Counted from the first letter of the stretch, positions 21,687 to 33,243 are shown. The stretch: DNA of 60,014 bases from a virus (IMGVR_UViG_3300008261_000019:1-60014), one strand, 5' to 3'. Notes: a model not told the origin generated them from the letters alone. Numbers and translations: made by a program.

Positions 21687-24600
21687 TTAAGTCCATAATT
21701 TTCTTTGCATAAATGATTCGCTACCCTTAATCTTATTTAAATGATGGTCTTTATAATATTTAAATATTTTATCAAGTAGCATTTCTACTTTTCTTATTCC
21801 TAAGAAGGAGTTATTATCTACACACTCTGTTGTCGCTCCTTCATAAACAACTCCTGTAATTCCTATATTATAAATCTGAACACTTGCATCTCCAATATAT
21901 TCGATGTGATAAAGATGAATGCCTCTTTCGACAAAGAAAATTTGCTCTTTAATTACTCCTACTGCCGAAATAGATGAAATCTTTTTCTTATCAATATAAA
22001 GATTTACAACACCACTTTTTCCTTCTTGGTTCGCAATAATGAAAGAAAAAGAAAAATATCCATCGATAAAGTTTTCTTTTATAAAAATGAATTCTTTTTT
22101 ATTTATAACTGGTGTTTCTTCATCTTCGTTGTTATCTTGAATCTGTTCATCAGTTGGAGGTTCAATAACTTCATTGCTGTTATAAACTAATTTTAATATA
22201 TCTTGAAAGTTACCCATAGTAGTAAAACTATTTAAATAGAAAAATTTATCCTTTTCTATTCGGATAACCTCATCATTTATTAAATATTTTTCAGTAAAAA
22301 ATTCATTGTTATTTAAATTAGTAATTTGATTAATATCATTTATATTAAATTCAATGTTTTTTACAAATATATTTGATAATACTTGAATATTTTCTGTTTG
22401 CTCAAAATCATCGTTAATTAAATTATCATTTGATAAATTAAAATCTTTTATCTCTATTGAATTTCTATATAATTTTAGGCTTATAGTTTTATTTTCAGGA
22501 ATTTGGTAACCATTATTATTAGATAAACATAAAAAAAATGAATATCGATACATGTTCTTAATAAAAATTCTTTGAGTTTCTTTATCAACTTCTTCAACTC
22601 TTTCTAGATATGCATAATTATTTTCATCGATTTCATAATAATAATTTGTACTGTATTTTGAATCTTTTTTTTCATTTTTATAGCTTACTTTTTCAACAAA
22701 TTTTCCGTCTTTAAATACAATCAAATGAATATCTAGATATTTTAATGCATTAACTTTTGGGTAAACTAATTCATAAGTAAAATCATAATCTTTTGATACA
22801 ACTTCTAGTTTTTCTTCTTCTTGAAATGGAGGTATTATAATTTCTTCCGGTAACTGATTTGGGATATCGATATAATTTCTTACTTCATATGAAATATAAT
22901 TTCTTCTTAAAATAAATGTACTATATGCAACCAGCGTTGATTCTGCATACCATCTGCAAAATCTAAATATTCTTTTGTATTCATCGTTCCACTTATTTTC
23001 TGATTCTAGATATTCTTTTAATAAATCAAGAACATAAACAAGTGCCTCGTCGCTGTACATTCCTCCGAGTTTATAAAAATCTTTTTTATAAACTTTATGT
23101 ATCATAAGTATTACATCATAAAAAGCTTCTAGTGTTACTTGGACTTCTTTTATCCCTATATCTTTTGTCTCTGGATAGAATTGATTTTTAGGGTATAGTA
23201 CCTTTATTGAAGGTTTTCCTAAATCTTGACCTGGTAATATATGATAAGGAATACCTTCAGAATCTAGCGTAAATCCCTCGTAATCGAATACTTCTGAGGG
23301 AACGGATAAATAGTCGTACTTACCTGCTTTGTCGTTGTCCCAAGCTTCTAATGCTTCATTAAAGTCTCTTTCTTTTGAGAACTCAAACTGAATTGAAACA
23401 ACCTCTATAAGGGACACTACTTTATCTTTTTTATTTAAATAAAATGTATTATGTGGCGTAAATCCTTTAATTATTTTATTTAAATAAAAAACTTCATCTA
23501 ATGCCTCAATATTAGTAGCTTCTGAGTTTGCTGTTATACTTACAGGGAATTCACTCACATCAAGAGATTGTTTTGTGATTTGATACTTACTAAGGCTATT
23601 GTCTAAAATTGCTTTTGATTCATTTTTAAATCCAATTTCTTTTTGTTTATACTGGATTGTTTTTCTTTCAATTTGAATAGCTGTCTCTAATCTTTGGTTG
23701 AAGTTATAAAATGTTTTTTGATTTTGTATTGATAAATAATTTAACTCATCAATAATTCCGTTGATGTTGTATCTTTCTCCTGCAATGTTTACATCCTTAT
23801 TTAAAATTCCATCTAAATCATTTGTAACTCCATTATAATAAAGGTCTAGATGTAATCCTGTAATTTCATTTCTTTCTGATAAAGGACTTTTAGTTACCTT
23901 TATTGAATTTAATGGTCTATTTAATATTGAAAGATAGTATTTTAAATTTTTTACTCCAATTAAATCATCTCTTTCCGATTCATAAAAATCTTCAGATAGA
24001 TTTCCTTGTCTAATTGGTTGAACACTTAAAATATTATTTTCACTAAATAAATTAAATTCTTTTACAGGGGTTGCGTACAGGTTGTAAAAATCTTTTATTA
24101 AGCCTTCTTTTACTACTGATGGCAGCATCGTAATATCTTCATTTTTTATTGAAAGAAATCTTTTTTCATCTTTTCTATGTAGATTAACTCTATCTAATTT
24201 ATAACTGTGTTTATAACTAAGATAATTAAATGTATATAAATTTGACCTTATTCCATTTCGCTTAAATTCTTGCTTTGATAGAAATTCAGGATGCAACTTT
24301 GCAGAATTTCGACTTGACTCGTAAGCTGCAATTTTATGGTCTATATTGGTTGCAAATAATCTTGACTCTACCTTAAGCTGCTTTGATTTTAATTCCTCAA
24401 TTGAGTAAGGAATTCTTTGTGCAGAAAAAATCTTATTCAAATAAGGTTTTAATTCATGAATCTTTTCTGCATAAATAAATTTATGATTAATTCTTGAATT
24501 AAAATCATTTACACCTTTAAAAGATATTCTAAAGGAATTATCAATATCAATAGATGTCCTTTCAAAAGACATCTTGAATGCGTGATTATAAATAATGGCT

Positions 24601-24752
24601 AAGGGGCTGCTAACAGTCCCCTCAGCCATTAAACTACTATCTCCTAATTCCTTATCGCCATTTTCGTCTTCGATAATTTCAAATTCGATACTTTGAAAAT
24701 TAGGAAGGCTAGTAAAAATGTCGAAACCCATCGCGTATTGATAGATTGGCAT
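21687..24752 (-). CDS. Large hypothetical structural protein
   Basis: 1021 aa AT-rich ORF in the structural operon. Confidence 0.6.
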   Translation of the reverse strand: MPIYQYAMGFDIFTSLPNFQSIEFEIIEDENGDKELGDSSLMAEGTVSSPLAIIYNHAFKMSFERTSIDIDNSFRISFKGVNDFNSRINHKFIYAEKIHELKPYLNKIFSAQRIPYSIEELKSKQLKVESRLFATNIDHKIAAYESSRNSAKLHPEFLSKQEFKRNGIRSNLYTFNYLSYKHSYKLDRVNLHRKDEKRFLSIKNEDITMLPSVVKEGLIKDFYNLYATPVKEFNLFSENNILSVQPIRQGNLSEDFYESERDDLIGVKNLKYYLSILNRPLNSIKVTKSPLSERNEITGLHLDLYYNGVTNDLDGILNKDVNIAGERYNINGIIDELNYLSIQNQKTFYNFNQRLETAIQIERKTIQYKQKEIGFKNESKAILDNSLSKYQITKQSLDVSEFPVSITANSEATNIEALDEVFYLNKIIKGFTPHNTFYLNKKDKVVSLIEVVSIQFEFSKERDFNEALEAWDNDKAGKYDYLSVPSEVFDYEGFTLDSEGIPYHILPGQDLGKPSIKVLYPKNQFYPETKDIGIKEVQVTLEAFYDVILMIHKVYKKDFYKLGGMYSDEALVYVLDLLKEYLESENKWNDEYKRIFRFCRWYAESTLVAYSTFILRRNYISYEVRNYIDIPNQLPEEIIIPPFQEEEKLEVVSKDYDFTYELVYPKVNALKYLDIHLIVFKDGKFVEKVSYKNEKKDSKYSTNYYYEIDENNYAYLERVEEVDKETQRIFIKNMYRYSFFLCLSNNNGYQIPENKTISLKLYRNSIEIKDFNLSNDNLINDDFEQTENIQVLSNIFVKNIEFNINDINQITNLNNNEFFTEKYLINDEVIRIEKDKFFYLNSFTTMGNFQDILKLVYNSNEVIEPPTDEQIQDNNEDEETPVINKKEFIFIKENFIDGYFSFSFIIANQEGKSGVVNLYIDKKKISSISAVGVIKEQIFFVERGIHLYHIEYIGDASVQIYNIGITGVVYEGATTECVDNNSFLGIRKVEMLLDKIFKYYKDHHLNKIKGSESFMQRKLWT

Positions 24753-24766
24753 TTTAATCGCCTACT

Positions 24767-26980
24767 TTAAGATTTTTTAATTGCGATACCAACACTTGAG
24801 TTTGGCGATGATTTTAAGAATGAGAAAGGAGCATTAATTCTAAAGAATTTATAAGACTCTTCCTCAGGAGTTCCTTTATTAATTACTAAATCATCTAAAT
24901 GTACAATTGAAGGCGCCTCAGCAACCAATACGTTATTCATAATTCCTCTGTATCCATCGTAAGAATGAACGATATATACAGGGCTTAAATGGAACTTATT
25001 TGTCCAACGAGATGGGCTAAATACTTCTTTACGCATGAACTCATCTTGAGTAACAAAAGATGCACTATGCTTTTGGAAGTAAGTCCCTGAGCGGGTTTTA
25101 TACATGGAAATATCGTTAACACCAGTCCCAGTATTTTCCCCGAATGAAGTTGGAAGATTAATCTTGATAATATTATTTGTATTTGTAATCTTATCGCGCT
25201 CTACTCCAGCTTCTACTCCCCAGTTATTATTCGGAGCTTTTTTATCCATGTTTTGCGAATAATCGTTGGAACCGCGATAGTAGATTCCTTGGTCGAGCTC
25301 ACTTGGTGTTAGTTCTTTTTCTAGGTACCAGTCATCTTGCGTTGCATAAGTATATTTTGCATTACTAATTTCTGTAGATGGTTGGGCGGCATTTGCTGTT
25401 CCATTAATTCTAGTCTGAATTGTTCGCTTTGAGTAGATTAATATTTTTTCTGCGCTTTTTGGAATGTCTCTAATCTCTAATGTAAATTGTCTATAGTTTA
25501 CATCAGGTCTTGGATATCCCATTACTCCTGTTTTTTGACCATCGCTAGTCCAATTTCCACCAGAATTAGGTATTATTCTTCCCGATTCATATGATTCTGT
25601 TTTTAGTTGAGCAGGATAAACGACTGTATAGCTTAAATCAATTGGTGTACAAGCCGCCGTTGAAGATGTCTCATTTTTATAAGCCACTCGATAAGAAACT
25701 TTATGAACGAACTCCACTGTATTAGTAGACGATACATTTAAAGGAATTGTCTTATCAGCACCAGTAGGGTCTTTATATTTCCACATAAATAGTGGACTAC
25801 CTTCGCTTGCTTCTGCAGGAATACCCTTGACTGGCTCTCTTTGCGGATTTCCAATAACTTTAGGTGGGTTATTTAAAGAGTTTGGATTTGCCCAACATGG
25901 AACAGTTGAAGAACTTGTTGTAATTGCAAAGTTTCCATCAACATCTGGAACTGCATCACCAGTTGCATCTTCAAATGCATTTAATCGTCCAATATAAGCA
26001 AATGAAATTAAATAATCATCAAAGTTAAATGTAGGGTCACCCATCAATACCATAGCAACATTATCGTTTGTGATATTCATCCAATATTGAAGCTGGATAC
26101 CCTGTTGCTTTGTAATACCTGCTAATTTAATTGGTATAAATTCTACACCTTGAGAATAGTCTGTGGTATCTGTGTCAAAGTCTAAAGTATCGCGAAGAAC
26201 CTCTTTAAAATCGGTATACCAAGACATTTTTGATACTACAGAAATATTAGCGTCTGCTCTTGGAGTATCGTATTTATAATCATATTTATCAAATACTCTC
26301 ATATTAAAATGAAAGTCATTTGGAACCTCTGTAGTTGTTCCGTAATAACGAACAACATTAAAGTCTTCTGGATTGATTAAGTATTCTGGTCTTTCAATTT
26401 CTAAAAACATTGTCAGACTTTCCTGCGTAACATTTGTATCTGGAATTAATTGATTTTGATACTCTTCTGGAATTTCTACTGCAGTAGTTGTTGTTTTAAG
26501 AACAATCTTTCCAAAAGCTCTAACATTTTGAAGTGAATTTGCAAGAGCTGGGCTATGTAAGTAGTTATAATTAATTACATAACTAATATTATCTCCAGTT
26601 TCTAACTGACTCACAAAAGTAACGAATCCTTGCTCATAATTAATTGTATATTGTTGTATTTCTTCTTCATTAAACTCTGGCAATAAGATATACTGCTCAC
26701 TTCCGCCATCGCCAACTTCTTTTTTGTAAATACTAATTGAGATTTTAGGGTCCCAATTTGTTTGACTAGCAATATAGGAATTAGCTACCAAATCTCCACT
26801 TTCATCAAGCTCAAGAGTGTCATACTCAATATTTGTAGAGATATAAGGGGAAGGGTATATAATCTCCCAGTTTTTACCCGGAATAGGCACCCCGCTTTCA
26901 TTGCGATTTGCCATAGTAAATATCTTTGCAAAATCTGATAAAGCTCTATTGGATGTTGTTGTTCCTTCAATCCAAGCCAT
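24767..26980 (-). CDS. Virion structural (fibre/appendage-like) protein
   Basis: 737 aa; MAWIEGT start; C-terminal SRWTNKFHLSPVYIVHSYDGYRG; SD AAGGAGTG. Confidence 0.55.
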   Translation of the reverse strand: MAWIEGTTTSNRALSDFAKIFTMANRNESGVPIPGKNWEIIYPSPYISTNIEYDTLELDESGDLVANSYIASQTNWDPKISISIYKKEVGDGGSEQYILLPEFNEEEIQQYTINYEQGFVTFVSQLETGDNISYVINYNYLHSPALANSLQNVRAFGKIVLKTTTTAVEIPEEYQNQLIPDTNVTQESLTMFLEIERPEYLINPEDFNVVRYYGTTTEVPNDFHFNMRVFDKYDYKYDTPRADANISVVSKMSWYTDFKEVLRDTLDFDTDTTDYSQGVEFIPIKLAGITKQQGIQLQYWMNITNDNVAMVLMGDPTFNFDDYLISFAYIGRLNAFEDATGDAVPDVDGNFAITTSSSTVPCWANPNSLNNPPKVIGNPQREPVKGIPAEASEGSPLFMWKYKDPTGADKTIPLNVSSTNTVEFVHKVSYRVAYKNETSSTAACTPIDLSYTVVYPAQLKTESYESGRIIPNSGGNWTSDGQKTGVMGYPRPDVNYRQFTLEIRDIPKSAEKILIYSKRTIQTRINGTANAAQPSTEISNAKYTYATQDDWYLEKELTPSELDQGIYYRGSNDYSQNMDKKAPNNNWGVEAGVERDKITNTNNIIKINLPTSFGENTGTGVNDISMYKTRSGTYFQKHSASFVTQDEFMRKEVFSPSRWTNKFHLSPVYIVHSYDGYRGIMNNVLVAEAPSIVHLDDLVINKGTPEEESYKFFRINAPFSFLKSSPNSSVGIAIKKS

Positions 26981-26997
26981 TTATTTGCACTCCTTTA

Positions 26998-27648
26998 CTA
27001 AACTTCTATTAAAAATCGAAGGTCAAACCATACTGTTTTTGCTTCCGCGCCTTCGTTATAAAATTCTAACTTTATTATATCATTTGGGCTTACCTTATAA
27101 ACAGTAAAAAGTGTAGTGCCCATATTAATATGTTGTGGAATTTCTTTTGTGTATATGCTATCAAACAAAAGTGTATCGTTAACAAGTAAATTCCAGTAGT
27201 CATCTCCATTATAACCTGAACATGCGATAGCGACATCAATTAATTCTAAGTTTGATGTCGCTTGATAAGTTGCCTCATATTTTCCCGCGATAGGCGGAAT
27301 TACCATTCTAAACCCTTTTGTATAAGGCCTAGTATAAGAAGGAATAATATGATTTGGAAAGTCTACATCAACACTGAAGCCATTAATTGTTTCAATTTCT
27401 TTTATTTTATCAATTACTACTACTCTATCTAAAGTACCAGCTTTTATATTATTAATTTCATTAATTGTATTTACCGTTTCAACTGTTGTTACTTTTTCTA
27501 CTTCTGTTATTTTTAAAATTTCATCAATTAATTCTACTTGATTTAACATACCGCCTTGAAGTTCTTTTAGAACATCAATAATTCCACTTTGTATTTCTTT
27601 TATTTTATCTAACGAACCGCCTGTAGAATATATCGGATTAAATGCCAT
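26998..27648 (-). CDS. Hypothetical virion protein
   Basis: 216 aa; tripeptide-periodic (I/V-x-x) stretch suggesting a beta-helix, then a beta-sandwich. Confidence 0.55.
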   Translation of the reverse strand: MAFNPIYSTGGSLDKIKEIQSGIIDVLKELQGGMLNQVELIDEILKITEVEKVTTVETVNTINEINNIKAGTLDRVVVIDKIKEIETINGFSVDVDFPNHIIPSYTRPYTKGFRMVIPPIAGKYEATYQATSNLELIDVAIACSGYNGDDYWNLLVNDTLLFDSIYTKEIPQHINMGTTLFTVYKVSPNDIIKLEFYNEGAEAKTVWFDLRFLIEV

Positions 27649-27661
27649 TTACATCATTCCT

Positions 27662-29056
27662 TTAGCTAGTACTGCTAGTTATAGGCGTTAAATTATATAT
27701 TATTCTACTGATATTTGTATTTGCATTATACTGAACATCTACGGAGGCTATTATTAATTGCTCCATATTTGCTTCATTATAGTCTTCTTCAATTCCTAAC
27801 ATTGAGATACTTAATGCTTGATTAATATCTGAAGCACTATGTTGACCTGGCACTTCTATCATGATTTTATTTAATCTCAAAGAAACATTACTTTGATTTT
27901 CTTTCGGCAAGAAGTCAATGTTGCTTGTATTTGTTATTAAATTAGGTCCTTCATTCTCGCTAGGCATTCCGCTCTCTGGAGAGAAGCTGAATGGAGGGTC
28001 GGGAGGTAATGTATCTTCCTCTGCCACAACACCTTGATTAGATATGTTTTTATAGAATGAAAAAATTTCACTCCATGGACCTTCTACGCTTAATAACTCG
28101 TAACCTTTTAAATATCTAAAAGATATATGAATAACATAAGGAACAACATTTCCGTTAATATCATGAATTACTGGAGTAATATTTTTTCGATAATAAATGA
28201 TTCCATTAACTTCATCAATTACATAATCAAAAGTCTTTCTTAAAACACCATCATTATCTTTTATGTATATATCTTCGCCAACGATATCTTTTTTATTTAA
28301 TTGAATTTCATAATTTATCGTACTATAGTCTCCAGCAGGTACTGTAACTTGCATAGGAACTTGAGGAGAATATTGAGGAGTCTTTACTTCTTTAACACCT
28401 CGAACCCTCCAATAATACGCTTTGTCCTGAGTAAATGGATAAGATGGTTTAATTGTTTGACCAACTGTTAAAAAAGCTTTATAACTACTCCAATCATCGG
28501 GCCACAAAACATTATTAAATGTTCTAGAATCCGATATCTGTATCTGATAGTAATTTGCCGAATTTACCGGACTCCAATTAAATTCAACTAAATTATTAGC
28601 TAGATTAGGAACAATTGTTTCATCTTGTGGCAATGTTAATAATGGCTTAGAAAGTGCGGCAAAATTAGCAACAGTAAAAGTAAAATGATAGTCCCCCATC
28701 ATATAATCCTTTGTTGCGCTTCTAATTCCTAACTTTCTTTCATTTGATAAATCATCGCCAATAACTGTTACTTTTACAATTTGCAAAGATGAAAATGGAT
28801 TTTTAGGAGTGAATATAATAACAGGCTTATCTTTCAAAGCCATCTTAATTCTATCTTCTTTCTTTGAAGGATAATTAATTGTACCTTCAATTTTTGTTCC
28901 ATTTTCATCTTGTACAATTACACTATTCTGAATCGATTTAACATCTAAATCGATATTAAAATAGATTCGGATACTATCCTTTGTACTTACGTTTGTCTGA
29001 TAATTTCTAGGATACGTCTCAATCACTTGTGGATTGAGTGGCGTTGCGAAACTCAT
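27662..29056 (-). CDS. Ig-like (Big_5/FN3) domain virion protein
   Basis: PQVIETYPRNYQTNV...IRIYFN is Big_5-like; FNWSPVNSANYYQIQIS...YYWRVRG is FN3-like. Confidence 0.7.
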   Translation of the reverse strand: MSFATPLNPQVIETYPRNYQTNVSTKDSIRIYFNIDLDVKSIQNSVIVQDENGTKIEGTINYPSKKEDRIKMALKDKPVIIFTPKNPFSSLQIVKVTVIGDDLSNERKLGIRSATKDYMMGDYHFTFTVANFAALSKPLLTLPQDETIVPNLANNLVEFNWSPVNSANYYQIQISDSRTFNNVLWPDDWSSYKAFLTVGQTIKPSYPFTQDKAYYWRVRGVKEVKTPQYSPQVPMQVTVPAGDYSTINYEIQLNKKDIVGEDIYIKDNDGVLRKTFDYVIDEVNGIIYYRKNITPVIHDINGNVVPYVIHISFRYLKGYELLSVEGPWSEIFSFYKNISNQGVVAEEDTLPPDPPFSFSPESGMPSENEGPNLITNTSNIDFLPKENQSNVSLRLNKIMIEVPGQHSASDINQALSISMLGIEEDYNEANMEQLIIASVDVQYNANTNISRIIYNLTPITSSTS

Positions 29057-29072
29057 TTACAACACCTGCTTT

Positions 29073-29453
29073 TTATTTATATTTCTTTTTGCTTTTATAA
29101 TTATATTTATTTTGTTGTACAGGAGTTCCATCCTCAGATACTTCTGATTCTTCCGAAGAAACTTCTTCAGCATCTTCTTCGTTTATGGATACTTCTTCTA
29201 CTTCTACTGGAATTTCTGATTTTAAATTAACTTGAATATTAACTTTATCTGCTTGTACTTCACTTTTATCTACTAATACATTTTTATTTACATCGATTAA
29301 TGTTCCGTATTTAATTGCTCGAATAACATTTGGAGTGACTTCATAGCTTTCAGGCAACACAACATATGGATGCATTGGATTATGAAGATGAATTCCGTCT
29401 ACACGAATTGCTACTTGTTTCGGATTTAACAGAAGAACTTTTGGCTTACTCAT
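29073..29453 (-). CDS. Hypothetical protein following major capsid gene
   Basis: 126 aa with acidic then basic tail; SD GAGGTG. Confidence 0.6.
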   Translation of the reverse strand: MSKPKVLLLNPKQVAIRVDGIHLHNPMHPYVVLPESYEVTPNVIRAIKYGTLIDVNKNVLVDKSEVQADKVNIQVNLKSEIPVEVEEVSINEEDAEEVSSEESEVSEDGTPVQQNKYNYKSKKKYK

Positions 29454-29484
29454 ATTTTCACCTCAAATAATTTTTATAGCATAA

Positions 29485-29515
29485 ACGGGTAGATAAAATG
29501 ATTTTACCTACCCGT
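29485..29515 (-). terminator. Intrinsic terminator after major capsid gene
   Basis: ACGGGTAGATAAAA-tga-TTTTACCTACCCGT inverted repeat. Confidence 0.65.
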
Positions 29516-29550
29516 CTTTTATCTAGCTATATTTATATATTTTTATTAAA

Positions 29551-30654
29551 TTAATCTTGAATCATTCGAACTGCATTTGGTTTTGCATATGTCGGAGCAA
29601 GAGCAATATTTTTAGCAACTGCAACCCCGCGACCTTCATTTAAGATACCTACTCCATAACGCTCTTTCATTTTCATGTTCATGATATCACGAGCTGGCTC
29701 TGTAAAACGCTCTGTACTTAACTCTTCTTTTAAAAGAAGAACACCGACATTATTACGGTCAACAATGTACATGTCATAAAGTTTTTTAACTTTATCGAAA
29801 GGAATAAATGGCGACAATTGAACATTAAATGCAAATGGTAAACGTCCTTGAATTGCTGCAGTTCCCATTGTCATTGATGTTGGTTGATTTGTAGCCGGAT
29901 ACATTGATTGAGGCGTTAAATTCAAGCCATTTACAAGCTCTGTGCGAGCAAATGCTGTCCAAGTCAATGGATGCATAAGGATATCAGTCGGAGTTAACTC
30001 ATTAGCCATAACAGCAATGATTAAATCCAAGAAATCTTCTGCAGACAATGTATCATTACGATTATAATCTGGACCAAGTCCTGATGTGTGAGCTTTTTCA
30101 TTTGTTGAATGATTATCAAATACAGTATGACCATAACGGCTCATGTTATAGAACATTTTTTGTTCTTTATGGCGAGCCATTGCGCGACCTGCTTCACGAA
30201 TCATCATTGCAACGATATCCCATTGAGCGTCTTGGATTAACTCATCAGTGAAACGGAGACGAAGTCCTGATTTACCAACGCGAACTTCTGTCCCTGCTTC
30301 GTGAGTTTGCCAGTCGATAGTGTCTTCTGGAATCTCTTGACCTTCGGCTACATCGTAAGCTCGCATTACTCCGATACTCGGAAATTGCATTGTATTTCCT
30401 TGTCCGTTAAAACGGATTGTTTGGAAGAACTGGCTAGCGATATACAATGGCTCTGCTGCTTCGCGCATAGCGCCGATAATTGTACGTGGAATTAATACAG
30501 TAGCAGATGGACTTGCTAACATCTCTGCAAATGATACCTTTACATCAGTATCTCCCGATAATGCACGACCTAAGTTTTCAGCAAGTGTAACGTCTGCTTC
30601 TGTTAATTTATATTTAAGCTTTTCAGCTTCTGTGAATTGAATGCTCATATTCAT
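29551..30654 (-). CDS. Major capsid protein (HK97 fold)
   Basis: LIPRTII, VAEGQEIP, KSGLRLRFTDELIQD, AGRAMAR, MHP, KERYGVGIL; follows protease and decoration genes. Confidence 0.9.
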   Translation of the reverse strand: MNMSIQFTEAEKLKYKLTEADVTLAENLGRALSGDTDVKVSFAEMLASPSATVLIPRTIIGAMREAAEPLYIASQFFQTIRFNGQGNTMQFPSIGVMRAYDVAEGQEIPEDTIDWQTHEAGTEVRVGKSGLRLRFTDELIQDAQWDIVAMMIREAGRAMARHKEQKMFYNMSRYGHTVFDNHSTNEKAHTSGLGPDYNRNDTLSAEDFLDLIIAVMANELTPTDILMHPLTWTAFARTELVNGLNLTPQSMYPATNQPTSMTMGTAAIQGRLPFAFNVQLSPFIPFDKVKKLYDMYIVDRNNVGVLLLKEELSTERFTEPARDIMNMKMKERYGVGILNEGRGVAVAKNIALAPTYAKPNAVRMIQD

Positions 30655-30699
30655 ACTTCCTCCTAAGCAATATATAATCCTATAAATTTTAAAATATAA

Positions 30700-31857
30700 T
30701 TAGAGTTTCAATAAGATGCGAGCTGCACCAACTGCGCCATTATAGTTCCATCCGGAAGGAGTTCCATAGAACTTAGCTTTGAATGTTACTGTTAATGTTT
30801 TTGAGCTAGCGATATTTTTCTTAAACGTTAAGATTCCTTTTGTATAATCTAACGCAAAGTCGGTATCTTCTGTTAAATCAGCAGAGCCATCATTTACAGT
30901 AACAGTTCCTGCAACGATATCTTGCCAGTAGCTCGTAGTTCCTTCTAAGTTAATTTTAACTGGGCTAGTAGCATAGTTACCAGCAGCAACAGTAATTGTT
31001 ACGCTTTGAGCCGCTTGATAAGCAGTATCAGCTTTCAATCCACCGTCAGTTAATCCAGCAATACCTTGAACTTCATTTGGAGTAGTGAAAGCATTCCAGT
31101 ATCCAGGAGCCCCTACAAATCCAAATGTTCTAGCGTCTTCGCCATAACGACCTGATTCGTCGTAAGGGAATCCACCAGTAATTGGGTCTGTGTACCCAGC
31201 AGTATTTTTTGTAATCGCATTGTCCATTTTACGAGCAGTTTCATCCCACATAGCCCATTTCAGCCAGCCCCAAGGCTCTTGGTTTTCGTCAGTTGCTAAG
31301 ACTTGACCAACGATTAGGTGAGCTGAATCTGTTCCTGCAATCCATTTTGTTAATTGACCTTTGTTATCTACGCCAGAAACTTTTACATAGTCTCCAGCTT
31401 TTAAGCTGGATGCATGCCATGCTGCGCCATATTTAATTGAAGCAGCATTTGTCGCAGCACCACTACCTAGGAATAAAGGCAACTCTACATAGTCACGAGT
31501 AATGATTGCAGGTTGATTACCATATAAAAAGTTATTGTAGTGTTTTGAGAAGTTATAAGGAGCCATACCAATTGCATTAGATTTTGCTGCAACAGCACCA
31601 TCTGCAATTGTAATAGTGTTCACTTTTTTACCTGTTTCATCATCAGTTACATGCTCACCAACAGTAACAATCATACCTTTAGAAATAACAACATCTTTTT
31701 CTGCAGGAGTTGCGTAGTTGGATTGAAATAAAACTGATAATGTCGGGTCTGTTACCCACTTCTCAGCAGGGGACATACCGCCTGATACGATTAATTTTGT
31801 ATTTGAACGGCTACCAGCCTGAATAGAAGCCCGTCCTTCTCTTTCGAATAAAGCCAT
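30700..31857 (-). CDS. Capsid decoration/cement protein
   Basis: Lies between protease and MCP; Gly/Ala/Thr-rich; high-expression codon bias. Confidence 0.65.
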   Translation of the reverse strand: MALFEREGRASIQAGSRSNTKLIVSGGMSPAEKWVTDPTLSVLFQSNYATPAEKDVVISKGMIVTVGEHVTDDETGKKVNTITIADGAVAAKSNAIGMAPYNFSKHYNNFLYGNQPAIITRDYVELPLFLGSGAATNAASIKYGAAWHASSLKAGDYVKVSGVDNKGQLTKWIAGTDSAHLIVGQVLATDENQEPWGWLKWAMWDETARKMDNAITKNTAGYTDPITGGFPYDESGRYGEDARTFGFVGAPGYWNAFTTPNEVQGIAGLTDGGLKADTAYQAAQSVTITVAAGNYATSPVKINLEGTTSYWQDIVAGTVTVNDGSADLTEDTDFALDYTKGILTFKKNIASSKTLTVTFKAKFYGTPSGWNYNGAVGAARILLKL

Positions 31858-31887
31858 GAAAATTCATCCTCTCTTATTCATTACAAA

Positions 31888-33243
31888 TTATTTTTTGCGC
31901 ATCATAAATTCTTTTAGACGATTTGCTAAATCTTCAATTGTGATTTCTTGCTTATCTTCAGATGAAGTAGATTCTACGATGTTTCCTTCTTCATCTTCGA
32001 TTGTATGGTTAGAAGAATTAATTACTAATGAAGGATTAGAAACTTTTGCTGATTGTCTAATCTCTCCAAACTTAGAAACTAAATCTTCGATTTCTTTTTG
32101 AATTACTTTTGTAGGAACTTTTGTGTACTCAGAAATAATAGAATCTCTTGAAACTTCGCCAGAAGTTTTTAAATCTGCAAGACGCTCAACTAATGTTTTA
32201 TGCACAAGTTTAGCAAGTGTAATGCTCTTTGTTTTAAATGAATCTTTTTCTTCTTTCAACTGATTCATCTCTTGCTCTTGTTCTTGCAATTTATTTTCTG
32301 CTTGTTGCTTCTCTTCTTTTAAAAGATTAACTTCAGCAGTCAAAGTGTTGTTTGATTCTTGAAGAGTTTTAATACTTTCTTCAAGAGCTAAATTATTAGA
32401 TTCTAATAATGATAGCTTATCTTCTGAAGATGATTCTTTTACTTCTTCTTCATCTGTAGTTTCTTCTTCATTTGGCTCTTGCTCTTCTTCTTTTATTAGC
32501 TCGCCATCGCCATCTTCTAAAGATGTGTCTACATTTGATTCTTGAAGTAATTTATCTACATCAGATAAAACATTCTCTTCTAACTGCTCATCTGGGTTAG
32601 TCATATCTTCATTACTCCTTTCTGCGTTATCTTCAACAGATTGTCGAATGTCAATGACTTGAGCATTTGAATCTGCGGGAACGTTGACCCAAGAAACTTC
32701 ATCAAATTCCATTTCACCTATAATCCAGTAAGCTTCTTTACCGTCATATGACTTTCCTTTTCGGTGTCCGCAAAATCCTTCTTGTACAATATTCTTTGCA
32801 CAAACTGAACAAACAGCTTTTTTAGCAGAACCACCAATACTCATTGTCATATAACGTTTATCTAAAACTTTTTGAATTGTTTTTTCATCGTTAATACTTA
32901 ATTCTAATTGAATTGCTTGGGTTCCAGGATTTAGAACAGAGTTTTTAAATTCTGCTTTAATTACCCGACCCACTGGCTCTCCATGAGTATTATGATGAGT
33001 TAACACAGGCTTTGGATAAGGTTTAGTCCATGAATCAACGCTAGATTGAAGACTATCAGCAGGGTAAAAGGTTTTATTCTTTGTAAGACCTGCATGGATT
33101 GCCTCTACTGTTACAAGAAGCTTACTAGGGTTTCCTTTATCTTTACCTTCTTGCAGGCTCAGTGATTCTTCTAAATCAACTGAACTTACTTTAAAAGTTT
33201 CTTCAATTCGACCTTTTAATAAGCTATCGGTTACATTATCCAA
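31888..33243 (-). CDS. Prohead protease with C-terminal scaffold (acidic coiled coil)
   Basis: PVLTHHN..PVGRV, MSIGG, CSVC, CGH, EVSWVNVPAD; Glu-rich heptad C-terminus. Confidence 0.88.
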   Translation of the reverse strand: MDNVTDSLLKGRIEETFKVSSVDLEESLSLQEGKDKGNPSKLLVTVEAIHAGLTKNKTFYPADSLQSSVDSWTKPYPKPVLTHHNTHGEPVGRVIKAEFKNSVLNPGTQAIQLELSINDEKTIQKVLDKRYMTMSIGGSAKKAVCSVCAKNIVQEGFCGHRKGKSYDGKEAYWIIGEMEFDEVSWVNVPADSNAQVIDIRQSVEDNAERSNEDMTNPDEQLEENVLSDVDKLLQESNVDTSLEDGDGELIKEEEQEPNEEETTDEEEVKESSSEDKLSLLESNNLALEESIKTLQESNNTLTAEVNLLKEEKQQAENKLQEQEQEMNQLKEEKDSFKTKSITLAKLVHKTLVERLADLKTSGEVSRDSIISEYTKVPTKVIQKEIEDLVSKFGEIRQSAKVSNPSLVINSSNHTIEDEEGNIVESTSSEDKQEITIEDLANRLKEFMMRKK